A stretch of 43,887 nt of DNA from positions 64,001 to 107,887 of the IMG/VR virus record IMGVR_UViG_3300032007_000048. One strand, written 5' to 3'. Origin of the DNA: a virus. Lineage: Duplodnaviria > Heunggongvirae > Uroviricota > Caudoviricetes. Below the pieces are notes generated by a model, which saw only the letters and a list, made by a program, of their open reading frames with translations, searched no databases and was not told the DNA's origin. Positions 43,800 through 43,887 of this stretch are shown piece after piece (position 1 is the first letter of the stretch; each line of letters opens with the position of its first letter). Made by a program: the position numbers and the translations under genes.

Positions 43800-43887
43800 A
43801 AAGTGGGAAAGATGAGAATGGTTGAAGAACTTACGAAATCGGTTTAGAAAAAGTAAAAAAATGTACTGAAATTTTGATTTTGGCACA

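Noticed and set aside
1-43887. Stop-codon recoding (TAG to Gln) as in Lak megaphages
   Set aside because: Long ORFs are intact in code 11, several end in TAG, and no CUA suppressor tRNA is present in the window.

Overview
AT-rich segment of a large (jumbo-type) tailed phage, most likely infecting Bacteroidota: six TTTG-N19/20-TAnnTTTG promoters are present. ORFs are intact in genetic code 11. 1-8.9 kb: virion/adhesion-type genes (long acidic coiled-coil protein running off the left edge, FISUMP-like protein, BspA-type LRR protein). 8.9-25.4 kb: accessory and replication genes (HExxH paralogs, MTase-like and restriction-like pair, DnaJ, macro-like, HAD, primase, SbcD-like, ClpP, DHFR-TS with a GIY-YIG endonuclease and a displaced thyA 3' end), plus a tnpB cassette with terminal inverted repeats and an 8-bp target duplication. 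25.7-36.1 kb: RNA-rich array with 16 intact tRNAs, three more tRNAs (Gln-UUG, Ser-UGA, Arg-UCU) each split by a homologous group I intron whose guide sequence co-varies with its own exons, a tRNA-Pro-like gene with a 56-nt anticodon insert, several tRNA-like and other structured RNAs, two free-standing endonucleases, and an orphan structurally conserved copy of the guide-RNA scaffold of a second TnpB (37.4-38.7 kb). 39.7-43.9 kb: small hypothetical phage genes. All family assignments are from motif recognition and all pairings were read by eye; no searches or folding programs were run.
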